Program-made: the position numbers and the translations under genes | Notes under the pieces: generated by a model | The model's database searches: none | The model's input: only the letters and a program-made list of their open reading frames with translations | What the model was told of the DNA's origin: nothing | In this document: piece after piece, positions 37,063-47,400 of the stretch | Position numbering within the stretch: position 1 is the first letter of the stretch | Layout of the letters: every line of letters begins with the position of its first letter | Virus record (IMG/VR): IMGVR_UViG_3300036715_003906 | Location: 62,001 to 126,000 of that record | Strand: one strand, 5' to 3' | Length of the DNA: 64,000 nucleotides

Positions 37063-39036
37063 CTACCTCTTTGGTTTCGCGAACGTGCGGGACGCGCCCC
37101 CGGGGCCCGCGGTCCCGGACTTGGCGGCCTGCCCCGGAAAGAGCTTCGCGGCAAGCTCGGCGTTCGACAGGGGCGGGTCGGCGAAGATGTTGCCCGGGTC
37201 CTTCGGGGCCAGGCGCTGCTCCTGGGCCGCCCGCTCCCCGTCGGCGATGATCCGGGCCTCGTTCGCCGCGATGTCCGCATCCGACATGACCCGGCCGAAC
37301 ACCCCCGTCTCTCCGATGAGGGCGTCCCCGGTCACGGAGAGGGGCTTCGACCCCGCGGGCTTGCCGAAGGAGTCGGGGGCCCCGGCCGCCACCCTGGGGT
37401 CGACCACGGGGTCGAGGAGGAAGGTCGCCCGCACCGTGAAGGAGAAGTCGTAGTCGAGCGAGAAGGGCTTTTCGTCCGACTCGCTGACGTTGAAGGAGTC
37501 GAAGCTCCCGATGTAGATCGTGTTGTCGTAGTAGATGTACACGGACCCGACGAGGGCGAGGTTGTTGGGGCGGCTCGTCGTCGGGTCCGTGAGGTCGTCG
37601 ATCCAGATGCCCCCATTGTTCTTGTAGATCAGGTACAGGCTCAGGAAGTTGCCGTACCCGGCCGAGAAGTTGCGGGCCATCCGGGTGAGCCCCGGCCCCG
37701 TCCCGGGGGAACCGAGGGGCGTCCCCGCGGCGTCCATGGCGTAGAAGCCCGCCACCCGGCCCGAGGCGCTGATCTTGTCCTGCCCCTCCCCCCAGTGCTC
37801 GACGATGGGCCCGTTCCGCCCCCAGTTGCCGTCCGAGACGATCTTCTCCGTGGCGACCTTGAAGGAAGTCGGGTTGACGAGCATCCGCAGGGGCGGCGTC
37901 CGGGCCATCTGGTCGACGGCCTGCTGGAGAGCCCGGATCTGCGCCTGCTGCTGGGCCGCGAGCTGCTGGCCGAGCTGGGTCTGGTTGAGGTCCCGGTTCT
38001 CCTTGGTCGCGGCGGCCTTCTGGGCCTCCTGGGCGTTGTCCGCCCCCGTGGCCTGCCAGGAGGCGGATTGCCCAAGGTTGGGGTTCTGGTCGAGGGCGGC
38101 CTTGCCGTTGGCGATCCCGGCGGCGAGGGACCCGGGAAGCGAGGGTAGAATCGAGGCCAGATCCTCGGTCGTGATGTACCCCTTCCCGTCCCGGTCGAGC
38201 CCCTTGTTCTCCCGGTAGGAGACCTGCTGCTGCTCGCACTTGTCGTAGCCCTTGTCGCACGCCGAACCGTCGTAGAGGGACCCGTTGGGGTTGTTGAAGC
38301 CTCCGAAGTTCTTGCGGTAGAGCTGTGCGGCCGAGGAGCCCTTCGACCCCTTGAAGTATTTTTCAACCCAGATGAGCTGCTCGCTGGCAGGGACGTTCTC
38401 GTAGGTGTCCCAGTACCCGGGGGGCATCCCGAACGCCGTACCGGTGGCCTGCGTCATCTGGTTGAGGCCCTTGGCCTGGGGCTTCCCCGTCTTGGAGTTC
38501 CGGTTCACCGACCCCGGGCTGAACTTGCTCTCGCTGTAGAGCACCCGCGCCAGGTCCTCCGGCGCAATGCTCAGCCGCTGGCACATGGCGACGTACTTGG
38601 CCCAGAAGTCGACGTCGTCCGAGGACACCATGGTGCCCAGGGACGAGGAAGTGGACCCCCCGGCGACGGGGGCCGCGGGGAGCGTCCCATCCGTGCCGAA
38701 GGTCTGCTGAAGAGCACTGGTGCCCCCGAGCGCCGAGACGCTGTCCCCCGTGTACCCCTGGAGAGCCGCGACCGACGAGGAGCGGTCGAGGAGACGCCCG
38801 GTGATGTTGGCCGAAGGGGGGATGAGCCCGATCACGAACAGGTGACAGTCCTGCCGGCGCCGGGGACGGACGGCCGTGAGCGGGATGAAGTCCGCGCCGA
38901 GGGGGTCCCCCTCCGTCTTGAGTACGTTGTGCCGCCCGAGCAGGTCGTAGATGCCCGGGGCGTAGAAGCCCGCGGTCTCCTCGATCTGCTCGTAGATCCG
39001 CGTCGGGGACGTGGCCGGGGTCTTCGTGTCCGCCAT
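37063..39036 (-). CDS. Tube-initiator-like baseplate protein with an inserted lysozyme/SLT-like domain, 657 aa
   Basis: LARVLYSESKF...GLNQM...EQLIWVEKYF...NKGLDRDGKGYIT lysozyme-like segment. C-terminal LVNPTSF...VEHWGE domain is paralogous to 39040-39750. Confidence 0.7.
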   Translation of the reverse strand: MADTKTPATSPTRIYEQIEETAGFYAPGIYDLLGRHNVLKTEGDPLGADFIPLTAVRPRRRQDCHLFVIGLIPPSANITGRLLDRSSSVAALQGYTGDSVSALGGTSALQQTFGTDGTLPAAPVAGGSTSSSLGTMVSSDDVDFWAKYVAMCQRLSIAPEDLARVLYSESKFSPGSVNRNSKTGKPQAKGLNQMTQATGTAFGMPPGYWDTYENVPASEQLIWVEKYFKGSKGSSAAQLYRKNFGGFNNPNGSLYDGSACDKGYDKCEQQQVSYRENKGLDRDGKGYITTEDLASILPSLPGSLAAGIANGKAALDQNPNLGQSASWQATGADNAQEAQKAAATKENRDLNQTQLGQQLAAQQQAQIRALQQAVDQMARTPPLRMLVNPTSFKVATEKIVSDGNWGRNGPIVEHWGEGQDKISASGRVAGFYAMDAAGTPLGSPGTGPGLTRMARNFSAGYGNFLSLYLIYKNNGGIWIDDLTDPTTSRPNNLALVGSVYIYYDNTIYIGSFDSFNVSESDEKPFSLDYDFSFTVRATFLLDPVVDPRVAAGAPDSFGKPAGSKPLSVTGDALIGETGVFGRVMSDADIAANEARIIADGERAAQEQRLAPKDPGNIFADPPLSNAELAAKLFPGQAAKSGTAGPGGASRTFAKPKR

Positions 39037-39039
39037 GGC

Positions 39040-39750
39040 TCAGCGTCCCACGCCCACGGTCGAGGGAACCCGGACCTGCCGGTTCTGGGTCTGGAAGTTG
39101 GGGTTCACCTGCCCCGTGTCGAGCCCGCCGCCACGGGACACCGTCCCCACCTCCGTGGTCGTCCGGTTCACGCCAGGGATTTTCAGGATCGTCTCTTCCA
39201 CCTTGAAGCTCCAGTTGAGGCGAAACGCAAAGGGGCTCGCCTCCGTCTCCTCGACATCGAAGGAGCGGAAGGACCCGATGTACGTCCCGCGATCGTAGAG
39301 GATCATGACGTGCCCTTGCAGGACAATCGCGCCGGCTGGGTTGCGGACCGACCCGTTGTTCAGGAAGAGGTCGTAGAGGTCCCGGTAGCGGTCCCACGCG
39401 ATGCTCTGCTGCCGGAGCACGCTGGAGACCCCCGTCAGGAAGTTGACGAAGGCCCCCGTGCTCCCCTCGGCGCTGATCTCGGTCAGGTCATCCCCCCAGT
39501 GCTGCTCGACGAAGCCCCCGCGGGTCTGGAAGCGCTCGACCTTCTTTGTGTGGCTCTCGGAGAAGCTCGCCGGGTTGACGTGCAAGATCAGGGCATGGGG
39601 GAGGAGCGCCAGGGTCCGGTCAAAGGGGCTCGTGATCTGGAAGGCCATCGGGATGGCCCCCTTCCGCGTCTCCGCCGGATGGGAGTAGGGCGGCGTGCTG
39701 GAGGGCTGGAAGATCGGCGAGGAGTCCGCGTTGGCAGAGGGGATAGGCAT
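39040..39750 (-). CDS. Tail tube initiator (gp48/gp54-like), 236 aa
   Basis: LHVNPASFSES...GGFVEQHWGDDLTEISAEG. Directly follows the tape measure gene. Confidence 0.65.
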   Translation of the reverse strand: MPIPSANADSSPIFQPSSTPPYSHPAETRKGAIPMAFQITSPFDRTLALLPHALILHVNPASFSESHTKKVERFQTRGGFVEQHWGDDLTEISAEGSTGAFVNFLTGVSSVLRQQSIAWDRYRDLYDLFLNNGSVRNPAGAIVLQGHVMILYDRGTYIGSFRSFDVEETEASPFAFRLNWSFKVEETILKIPGVNRTTTEVGTVSRGGGLDTGQVNPNFQTQNRQVRVPSTVGVGR

Positions 39751-39753
39751 GGC

Positions 39754-42700
39754 TCACCGGAGACGGGCAAGGGCCGAGTTGCGGGCAAACACGTCGCTCG
39801 CCCGGGCGTCGATGATCTTCCCGAGGTCGCCCTTGAGAGACAGGATCACCTCGATGCGGCGGGAGTCCCCCCCACCACCCCCCGCGGGCACAATGCGCTC
39901 CCCGGGACCGACCGAGGCCAGGCCCTCCCCCGAGGGCAGGCGCCGCACCTGGGCCACGCCCCCGCTGACGCCGGTGACCACGCCACCCTCGGCGTTCTTC
40001 TGGTAGCTGGCAAGGGCCTGCTGGGGGCCGACCCCCTTGCCAAATTGCTCGGCCAGCATCGGGCCCAGCTCCGCGGGCTTGAGTCCCCCCATCATGGCCT
40101 TCTGGACGTCGCCCTGGGCCACGTCCTTGTAGAGATAGAACTCGTAGAGGGCCGTGCGGAGGGAGTCGAGCATCCCCTTGTCGAGCTGGTCCTGGATGCG
40201 GCTCTTCCACTGGGTCTTGTCGAAGACGATGCCCTTCTGGCGGAGGATCTTCTCGACCTCGCCCAAGGTTCCCACGACCTTCTCCTGCTGCTCGGTCTGC
40301 ACCTCGGCGTGGTCGGCCGTCGTCTGGGCCGCCTGGGCCGTCCGGGCCACCGGAGAGGAAGGCTGCGCCGCCGAAGGGGCCGCCAGGGCCGCGGGCGGTA
40401 GGCCGGTGGCCGCGGGAGACCCCCCCGGAGCCTGGGGACTCGCCACGCCCGCCACGCCCGCCCCGGACAGGGCAGCAAGGAGCTGCCGGGGGTCGAGCTG
40501 CCCGGCGGCCTGGGCGTAGATCTTCCCGATCTGCTCGTCGGTCAGGCCGGCCTTGTTGATATCCACCTCGTCCGCGTTGCCGTTCGCGGCCCCCTGGGCC
40601 CGGAGCTGCGTGTCGAGCGTGCTCACGGCATCGGGGTCCAGCCCCGCGGACTTGGCCGCGGCGAGGAGCCGGTTCACCTTGACCATGGGGTCGTCCGACC
40701 CGCCGGCCAACTGGTCGTCGATGGCCTTGCGACCCGCCCTCTGCTGGTCGATGAGGGCGTCCTTCTGCTTGCCGATCGCCTGGGCCCCCGCCACATCGCC
40801 CCCGGCGGCGGTCGCCTGCTCCTTGGCCGCGAGGTCGGCGATCTGCTTCGGGAGCGCTTCGAGGCTCCCGGTCAGCGTCTTGCCCGCACCGGTGCCGAGG
40901 AGGCGCTTGACGACGTCCTCCTTGCCGCCCTTGGCCCCCTCGACCGCGGAGATGATCTCCTGGTTCTTGGTCTTGTAGGCGGCCGAGAGAGACCGGCCCT
41001 TGCCCCCGTCCCCGACGCCCGGGAGCGACGAGAGGGCATCGAACATGCCGACGATAAGGTTGTAGAACGTGGTCTGGAACCAGCCGAAGAAGGCCGCGAT
41101 CTTGGCGTTGAAGCTCTCGGTCATGTCGAGCTGCTTCTGCGCGGCGTCGCGGGTGTCGGTGATCCCCTTGACCTGCTTCTGGGCGTCATCCCCCATGGAG
41201 GACAGGATGTCGTCGTAGTCGGCCGAGTCGATGTCCTCGGGCTTGAGCCCTGCCTTCTTGAGCGCCGCCTGCCCGGCGTCCGTGCCCTGGTTCTTCTTGA
41301 GCCAATCGCGCTGGTCGTCGATGGCCTCCTCGAACTGCGCCAGGCTCCGAAACATCTTCCGATCGATGCCCTGCTTGTCGGCCAGCATCTCCGACCCGAG
41401 GTCCCCGACCCGGTCGCGCAGCTTGCCCTTGCCCGTGATGTTGAGCGAGTCCTTGAGCACCTGGAGCGAGGCCCCGGCCCCGAGGTTCCCCATGGCCATG
41501 GAGGACCCGAAGACGCCCTTCTTGTTGGCCGTGGAATCCATCCGCATCTCGCTGATGGCTTCCCGGAGCGCCCCCTTCTGCTCGTCGGCGACGCCCTCCA
41601 GCAAGTCGTCGTAGCTCTTCTTCATCAGGTCGTCGCGGGTGAGACCCTTCTTGCCCCCGTTGCGTTCGATCTCGCTGGCCACCCCGGCCGACTTGCGGGC
41701 GAGTTCCTTCTCGACGACCTCCCCGCCCTTGCTGCCCCCGAGCATGTTGGTCTGGAGGAGCTGGACGCGGCCCATCCCCTTGAGGGCGTTCGTGGCCGTC
41801 TGCATGAACTTCGCGGCGTTCCGCGGGGACATGACCTTGCTGAGCAGGGTCATGATGTGGATCGTCTCGTCGAGGCGCGTGTTGTACAGGGCCAGATCCG
41901 AGGAGACCCCCTTGATCATGGTGAAGAAGCGCTGGGACGAGACGCCCGCCTCCGCCGCCCCCCGCTCCATGGCCTGGAAGGAGTCGACGACGTTCCCGGC
42001 GCTCATGCCGAGTTCCGTCATCATCTCGCCCTGGAAGCTGGCGATTTCTTGCAAGGGCACGTTCATCTGCCGGGCGTAGGCCACGGCCATGTGCGTGTTG
42101 CTGGCGAAGACCTTGGCGTAGGCTTCCCCGGCACCCTGGGCCCGCGAGAACTCGTTGGCGATGGTGTGGAGCGACAGCCCCTGCTGGCCGAGCGCGGCGC
42201 TCACCGTCGTGAAATCCTCCTTGCTGAGCCCCCGCATCACGTTGTCGAGCGTGAATGCCTCGTCCCGGAGCTTGGCCATGTCGGCCTCCATCTCCTGGCT
42301 CGCCATGACCACGTTGCCCATGTTCCGACCGAGGGCCCCCGTCGTCGAGGCCGACTCCATGACGGATTTGTTGAACTCCTTGATATGGGCGTCCGCGTCG
42401 AGGAACATCTGGACCAGGCCCACGATGGCGCCCCCCAGGACCCCCACGAGGGGCCCGATCTTGGCGAGGGACTGGAGGAGGGGCCCGATCCCCTTGGTCG
42501 CGGACCCGAGGGTGGACATCGCCCCCCCGAGCTTCCCGACTCCAGCGCCTGCGATCCCGCCCATGCCCTTGCCCTTGGCCTGGAGCTTCCCGCCCATCCG
42601 CTGGAGGCTCGACCCGGGCTTGTGGAGCACCTCGGTGAGCCCCTTGCCGGCCCCCTTGATCGCGATGTCGAGGCCCGTCCCGAGGAGCTTGGCGCCCGAC

Positions 42701-43314
42701 TTCATCGCCGTCTGCCAGTCCCGGTCGAGCATGGCCTTGAAGGGCTCGACCAGCTCCCCCCCCGCGTCGATGGCCGCCTTGACCAGCTCCTCCGTGTTGA
42801 GCCCGAACTTCTCCTGGGCCTTGGTCTTGGCGTCCATGAGCTTGTCCACGGAATCGAGCCGGTTTTTGCGGAGCTTGGTGATCGCCGCCCGCTGATCGTC
42901 GAGCCCCCGGAGCTTCTCCTTCTGCTGCTGGACCTTCTTCCGGTGAGCCTCCATGTCGGTGACGCTGCCCGAGCGCTCGACCAGGACGAGGTTGTGGAGG
43001 GCCCGCTCGGTCTTCTTGATCTTTTTCTGGATCGCGTCGTAGTCGTCCTTCGTCTGCCTCATCGTCTTCTGGTAGAGCTTGGCCGCGACCTTCTGCTGCT
43101 TGTCGAGGTCGGTGACCATCTGGCGACCCTTGGTCACCGACGCGAAGAACTTGCTGACGGCCTGAAACTGGCTCTTTTGGACCGCGTCAAAGGTCTTCTC
43201 CGTGCGCCTCGTGGACGACTGGACGACGGTCTCAAACTTCTTCGACGCCCGCTCGGCCGAGCGAGTGTCGAGGTCGAGCTGGAGCGCTACGAGCTGTTGC
43301 TTATTGGTGGGCAT
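39754..43314 (-). CDS. Tape measure protein, 1186 aa
   Basis: Ala/Gly/Lys-rich helical protein with coiled coils. Positioned after the chaperones and before the initiators and hub. Confidence 0.85.
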   Translation of the reverse strand: MPTNKQQLVALQLDLDTRSAERASKKFETVVQSSTRRTEKTFDAVQKSQFQAVSKFFASVTKGRQMVTDLDKQQKVAAKLYQKTMRQTKDDYDAIQKKIKKTERALHNLVLVERSGSVTDMEAHRKKVQQQKEKLRGLDDQRAAITKLRKNRLDSVDKLMDAKTKAQEKFGLNTEELVKAAIDAGGELVEPFKAMLDRDWQTAMKSGAKLLGTGLDIAIKGAGKGLTEVLHKPGSSLQRMGGKLQAKGKGMGGIAGAGVGKLGGAMSTLGSATKGIGPLLQSLAKIGPLVGVLGGAIVGLVQMFLDADAHIKEFNKSVMESASTTGALGRNMGNVVMASQEMEADMAKLRDEAFTLDNVMRGLSKEDFTTVSAALGQQGLSLHTIANEFSRAQGAGEAYAKVFASNTHMAVAYARQMNVPLQEIASFQGEMMTELGMSAGNVVDSFQAMERGAAEAGVSSQRFFTMIKGVSSDLALYNTRLDETIHIMTLLSKVMSPRNAAKFMQTATNALKGMGRVQLLQTNMLGGSKGGEVVEKELARKSAGVASEIERNGGKKGLTRDDLMKKSYDDLLEGVADEQKGALREAISEMRMDSTANKKGVFGSSMAMGNLGAGASLQVLKDSLNITGKGKLRDRVGDLGSEMLADKQGIDRKMFRSLAQFEEAIDDQRDWLKKNQGTDAGQAALKKAGLKPEDIDSADYDDILSSMGDDAQKQVKGITDTRDAAQKQLDMTESFNAKIAAFFGWFQTTFYNLIVGMFDALSSLPGVGDGGKGRSLSAAYKTKNQEIISAVEGAKGGKEDVVKRLLGTGAGKTLTGSLEALPKQIADLAAKEQATAAGGDVAGAQAIGKQKDALIDQQRAGRKAIDDQLAGGSDDPMVKVNRLLAAAKSAGLDPDAVSTLDTQLRAQGAANGNADEVDINKAGLTDEQIGKIYAQAAGQLDPRQLLAALSGAGVAGVASPQAPGGSPAATGLPPAALAAPSAAQPSSPVARTAQAAQTTADHAEVQTEQQEKVVGTLGEVEKILRQKGIVFDKTQWKSRIQDQLDKGMLDSLRTALYEFYLYKDVAQGDVQKAMMGGLKPAELGPMLAEQFGKGVGPQQALASYQKNAEGGVVTGVSGGVAQVRRLPSGEGLASVGPGERIVPAGGGGGDSRRIEVILSLKGDLGKIIDARASDVFARNSALARLR

Positions 43315-44534
43315 CAGGGCCTCCGAAACGGCTTGCCTACCTCACGCGGGGGCATAGGTGGAGGCGCGTCCGGGACGAGCCCCCACTTCTCCTGGTGCGC
43401 AACCATGCGCTCGTCGGTGGCCTCGGGGTTCATCATCCGGTGAGCAGCCTGAGCCTGCTCCTGGCGGGTCTGCTGGACCCGCCGGGCCACTTCCTCCCCG
43501 GTGAGCCCCGCAAGCGACGTGGTCCCCTGGACACCGTGCCCCTGGAAGACATCGTCGTTGCGGCGAGCCAGGGCCTCCATGTGAGCCTGCCGGGCCCCCA
43601 TGGCCGCCCGCTGCCGTTCCATGTGAGCGTCGACCACCTGGTCGTGCCAGTCCTTCTCCCCGCGAAGGTCTCGGGCCATCTGGTCGGCGAGGTCCTCGAC
43701 CGTCCGGGCCACGATGACCTGCCGCCCGTCCCGCAGGGTGGTGTCCTCGATGGGCTTGCCCTCGAACACATGCCGGAGGAGGGCATCCTTCCGGGCCGTG
43801 CGGTCCTCGGCCTCCCGTCGATGCCGGTCATGGTCCTGGCTGTAGATCTTCTGCACCCCCTTGCCCGCCATGCACGAACCGATGAACTTAGCGTTCTCCC
43901 AGGCCCGCTCGTGCTCGACGTTCGTGTCCTCGATCTGGTTCAAGGCCCGCCAGGTGAGCTGAGCCCACCCGAGGCCGATCCGCTCCGTCCCGGGCACCCC
44001 CGTCACGCTGGGCTGGGCTGGGTCCATCCCCCGGATCTGGGACCAACGAAAGCGGCTGTAGCTCTCCAGGGCATAGGCTTCTGCCAGAGCCGTGAGGAGG
44101 CTCGCCTTGCGGTTCAGCTCCGACAGGTTCCGCACCACGGCCTGCTTGGCCTCCTTGGCCATCTCCCGGGACATCCGCCGGATCTCGGGCATCCACTTCT
44201 CCCGCTCGGGGAGGACGTTGACCCCCTCGATCATGAAGAGGGAGTAGCCGAGGAACACGTCCCAGAACCGGTCCGACGCCGGGCGCGACGTCCCCGCCAG
44301 GCTCGCCAGGCGGGCCATCTCGAACTCGTGCTGGTTCAGGCTCTTCCAGACCAGCAGGACCCCGTTGATCTCCGAAGGCAGAACCAGAAACCCCCTGAAG
44401 ATCAGGGGGATCACGTCCTGGTAGACCTCGGGCCTGACCTCGGGCGCTTTCGGGATGGGCAGGGAGATGTCATCCCCCGACCCACCCTCGGCCAGCCTCT
44501 CTTGCTCGGCCGCGTAGTCGTGCTCGGCCGGCAT
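43314..44534 (-). CDS. Tail assembly chaperone-like protein 2, 406 aa
   Basis: Position between tube and tape measure; helical and charged. Confidence 0.55.
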   Translation of the reverse strand: MPAEHDYAAEQERLAEGGSGDDISLPIPKAPEVRPEVYQDVIPLIFRGFLVLPSEINGVLLVWKSLNQHEFEMARLASLAGTSRPASDRFWDVFLGYSLFMIEGVNVLPEREKWMPEIRRMSREMAKEAKQAVVRNLSELNRKASLLTALAEAYALESYSRFRWSQIRGMDPAQPSVTGVPGTERIGLGWAQLTWRALNQIEDTNVEHERAWENAKFIGSCMAGKGVQKIYSQDHDRHRREAEDRTARKDALLRHVFEGKPIEDTTLRDGRQVIVARTVEDLADQMARDLRGEKDWHDQVVDAHMERQRAAMGARQAHMEALARRNDDVFQGHGVQGTTSLAGLTGEEVARRVQQTRQEQAQAAHRMMNPEATDERMVAHQEKWGLVPDAPPPMPPREVGKPFRRP

Positions 44535-44540
44535 CTGGGC

Positions 44541-45641
44541 TCAGTGCCCCGGCGGCCGGAAGAAGGGATTGATCCCTGCGGCGGGCTGGGTCTCGATGAT
44601 CGACGCGGCGGCCTGCGCCGCCTTGGCCGGATCGACCGGAGCCCGGCCCCGTAGCTCGACGGGCTCTCCCCGGGGGACGCCGAGGGGCACCGGCGGAGCC
44701 CCCTGGCTCGCCACCGGGGCCACGGGCAAAAGCCCCAGCTCCCGCTCCGCCGCTTCGGCCTGTGCCGCCAGCTCCGCCGACCGCCGGGAGACCGAGGGCC
44801 CGGGGGACGCCTGGGGGGGCACAGGAGACGCCATCACGGGGGCCGGGGGCCCGAGGTCGGGGGACACGTCCACAACGCGGTTGAGGGGCTGCCGGGGCGG
44901 GGGAGAGGGCGGGACCTGCTGGACCTGGGCGAGCCCCCGGCGAAGCGTGCTCACGTCGACCGGGGCTTCCTCGGCAGGAGCTTCCGCCGTAACGCCCTGG
45001 GCCTCCTCGGCCTCCTTGGCGGCCTGCTCCCGGGCGACCGCGTCGAGCGTCTCCTGGGCGTTCTTGTTCTCGGCCGCCGTGGACTGCTCCATGAGGCCGT
45101 AGTCGTCGAGGACCCGGCGGCGGACGAGGGGGGGAAGCTCCCCGAGCACCTCCTTGGCCTCCCCGATGAGCCGGCGGCTCCGGTCCTCCTCGGACTCGTC
45201 GGGGACCAGGAAGGTGACGCCCTCGGCGGCCTTGGCTTCCGCCTTCTGGATGGCGTCCCCCACCTTGCGATAGGCCGTGTAGAGCGACTCCCGGCCCCAG
45301 GTGGTGAGGACGTTGTCCGCCACCCACCGGTGCCGTTCGACGCGGACCTTCTTGGTGCGCCCCTTCTCGTCCGTGGTCTCGTCCTCGACAAAGTCCACTT
45401 CGCGGAGATCGAGCCCCGCCACCTCGACGAGCCCCCGGGAGACGTGGGCCCGCTGGAGGGTGTGGAGGTACACGAGGTCGTCCATCCCCTCGCAGTCGGC
45501 CAGGATCGCCTCGTGCTCATCGGGCCGGAGACTCCGTACCACCATGGGCAGGCCCCCCATCTCGAAGGGTTCCTCGACGATGCCCACGCCCCGCGCTTGC
45601 GCGAGGGCCTCCCTGAGCTGCTTGGCCGCTACGATACGCAT
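44541..45641 (-). CDS. Tail assembly chaperone-like protein 1, 366 aa
   Basis: Directly after the tube gene. 'VVRSLRPDEHEAI' is typical of tail chaperones. Pro/Ala-rich disordered C-terminus. Confidence 0.6.
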   Translation of the reverse strand: MRIVAAKQLREALAQARGVGIVEEPFEMGGLPMVVRSLRPDEHEAILADCEGMDDLVYLHTLQRAHVSRGLVEVAGLDLREVDFVEDETTDEKGRTKKVRVERHRWVADNVLTTWGRESLYTAYRKVGDAIQKAEAKAAEGVTFLVPDESEEDRSRRLIGEAKEVLGELPPLVRRRVLDDYGLMEQSTAAENKNAQETLDAVAREQAAKEAEEAQGVTAEAPAEEAPVDVSTLRRGLAQVQQVPPSPPPRQPLNRVVDVSPDLGPPAPVMASPVPPQASPGPSVSRRSAELAAQAEAAERELGLLPVAPVASQGAPPVPLGVPRGEPVELRGRAPVDPAKAAQAAASIIETQPAAGINPFFRPPGH

Positions 45642-45661
45642 TTTGTCCTCATCTTGATTGG

Positions 45662-45681
45662 CCCCCGGCCGGAGCCGGGGG
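45662..45681 (-). other. 8-bp GC hairpin (CCCCCGGC-TCCG-GCCGGGGG) between the tube and chaperone genes
   Basis: Perfect inverted repeat with no U-tract. Confidence 0.6.
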
Positions 45682-45688
45682 AGTCAGG

Positions 45689-46399
45689 TCAGCCGACCAG
45701 CGGCGAGAAGGCCCCGCCCGCGAAGCGGAGCGAGTAGCCCTTGCCGGCGGCGCCGTTGTCGGCGATCGGGGCGAGGCCCGTGTCGACGAACTCGCCGTAG
45801 TGATCCGTCCCGCTGATGACGTCCGTGACGTTGACCGAGCTGTTCTCGGAGACCATCGCGGCATCGGCGGTGAAGGACGCGGAGTAGCTGTTGAACCAGC
45901 ACCCCTCGAAGTACGTGAAGAGAGCCCGGATGTCGGTCGTGACGAAGCCCGCGCCGCTCGTCGGGAGCTGGCTCGCCGGGAGCGCGAAGCCCTGTTTGTC
46001 GTACTGGGGCGAGGACGCGATCTCGGAGAACACCAGCTCTTGCTTGATATCGAAGGGCCAGCGGTGGTGACGGAGCGACCGCACCAACCCGTCGATGCCA
46101 CCCTTGTAGCCGACCATCTGGAAGAGGTTGGCCGTGTAGAGCAGGGTCTTGTTGAGCGTGAGGGTCATCGACTCGGTGACGTTCGGCACCAGCTCGGCGA
46201 TGATGTCCCCGTACCCGACGCCGCGCACGGAGTCGATCGTCCGGCTCTCGTCGAAGCCGAACTCGCTGATCACCCCGAGCTGCTGGAACGCATTGGCGCC
46301 CGTGGCGTAGGAGTAGATCTTGTTCTTCTGGCTGACGGCCGCCCGCGTGTTGGGGGCCGTGCCCTGCCGATAGATGTAGTTGTCTTGGGTGACGGGCAT
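45689..46399 (-). CDS. Tail tube protein (gp19-like), 236 aa
   Basis: Contains 'GVISEFGFDESRTI...GYGDIIAELVP...TLTLNKTLLY' and 'TYFEGCWFNSYSASF...MVSENSSVNVTD'. Size and position fit. Confidence 0.8.
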   Translation of the reverse strand: MPVTQDNYIYRQGTAPNTRAAVSQKNKIYSYATGANAFQQLGVISEFGFDESRTIDSVRGVGYGDIIAELVPNVTESMTLTLNKTLLYTANLFQMVGYKGGIDGLVRSLRHHRWPFDIKQELVFSEIASSPQYDKQGFALPASQLPTSGAGFVTTDIRALFTYFEGCWFNSYSASFTADAAMVSENSSVNVTDVISGTDHYGEFVDTGLAPIADNGAAGKGYSLRFAGGAFSPLVG

Positions 46400-46439
46400 G
46401 GGGTTACCTCAAATGGGGGGGCCGAGACGCGAGGAAGCC

Positions 46440-47273
46440 TCACTTCCCGGGGGGGAAGAAGGCGTCGTGGATCTTGGTGGCGTCCGCCGCGAGGGTGTCC
46501 AGCTCCGGGCCAACCCAGGGCTGCGCCATGTCGACGTCGCAGGCCAGCTTGGCGACCTTGGCGGCGAGGACGTGCAGGTCCGCCCGGGCCTTGGGGGCGT
46601 TGAAGCCCCCCTTGCCGGACGCCTTGCGGGTCGCCTCGATCTCGTTCACACGAGCGAGAACCGTCTGGATCTTGCCCAGGGTCTCGTCGGCGATGGCGAC
46701 GTTCCGGTCGAGCATGTCCGCCGAGGGGCCGCACGCCTCCTTGCCGGGGGTGGGGTGCGTGACGCTCTTCGGGAGGGTGTAGCCGCCGTCCGGAACGGTG
46801 TCGACCTTCGGTTGACCGAGGCCCATGAAGGCGTCGTTCTTCGACGGGTCGCCGAAGTTCGGCAGGGTGAGGGTCGCGAGGACCTTGTGGAGAGCCTTGA
46901 AGGTGTCCGTCGTCGGCTTCTGCCCGGAGGTCATCCCTCGGGAGATCTGATCCAGGACAGCACTGGCCGCCGTGAGCTTGGAGGCGATGCGGGTCGCGGG
47001 GTTCATGGTTCGATCCCCGCGGGGGATAAGAGGACTAGCAGCCCACCGTTTGCGCACGGGGACCAGGAACGCAAGGAGCGCATCCAGGTCGAGCGCGACG
47101 GTCACCGTCCCGTGCTTGTTGAACTCGTCGAGCGCCCTCCGCTGCCGCCCCCGGCCCCCCACAAACGTCGAAACCACCCGAAGCACGGAGACCCTCCCGA
47201 GGGAGAGGCGCTCCCCTTCGGGCGTCTCGACGTAATCCACAAACCCATCGGTGCCGAGGGTGACGGTTCGCAT
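46440..47273 (-). CDS. Hypothetical protein, 277 aa, with probable internal start at ATG 47006
   Basis: GAGGGGG RBS at the 47273 start. Internal CTCTTATC motif lies 19 bp before ATG 47006. Confidence 0.65.
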   Translation of the reverse strand: MRTVTLGTDGFVDYVETPEGERLSLGRVSVLRVVSTFVGGRGRQRRALDEFNKHGTVTVALDLDALLAFLVPVRKRWAASPLIPRGDRTMNPATRIASKLTAASAVLDQISRGMTSGQKPTTDTFKALHKVLATLTLPNFGDPSKNDAFMGLGQPKVDTVPDGGYTLPKSVTHPTPGKEACGPSADMLDRNVAIADETLGKIQTVLARVNEIEATRKASGKGGFNAPKARADLHVLAAKVAKLACDVDMAQPWVGPELDTLAADATKIHDAFFPPGK

Positions 47274-47400
47274 CCCCCTCGGCGCCCCGACAGATGGATA
47301 ACCAAGGCAGCTCGTCGGTGTCGCGCGCCAGGGTCTCGAAGGTCTTGGCGGCGGGGGGAGGGGGGAGGGTGTCTCGGGCGGGCATCTCGACCTCCTCGCA

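Noticed and set aside
44534-44600. Programmed -1 frameshift between the two tail chaperones (lambda G/GT type)
   Set aside because: No X XXY YYZ slippery heptamer is seen near the first stop, and the second gene has its own ATG 6 bp later.
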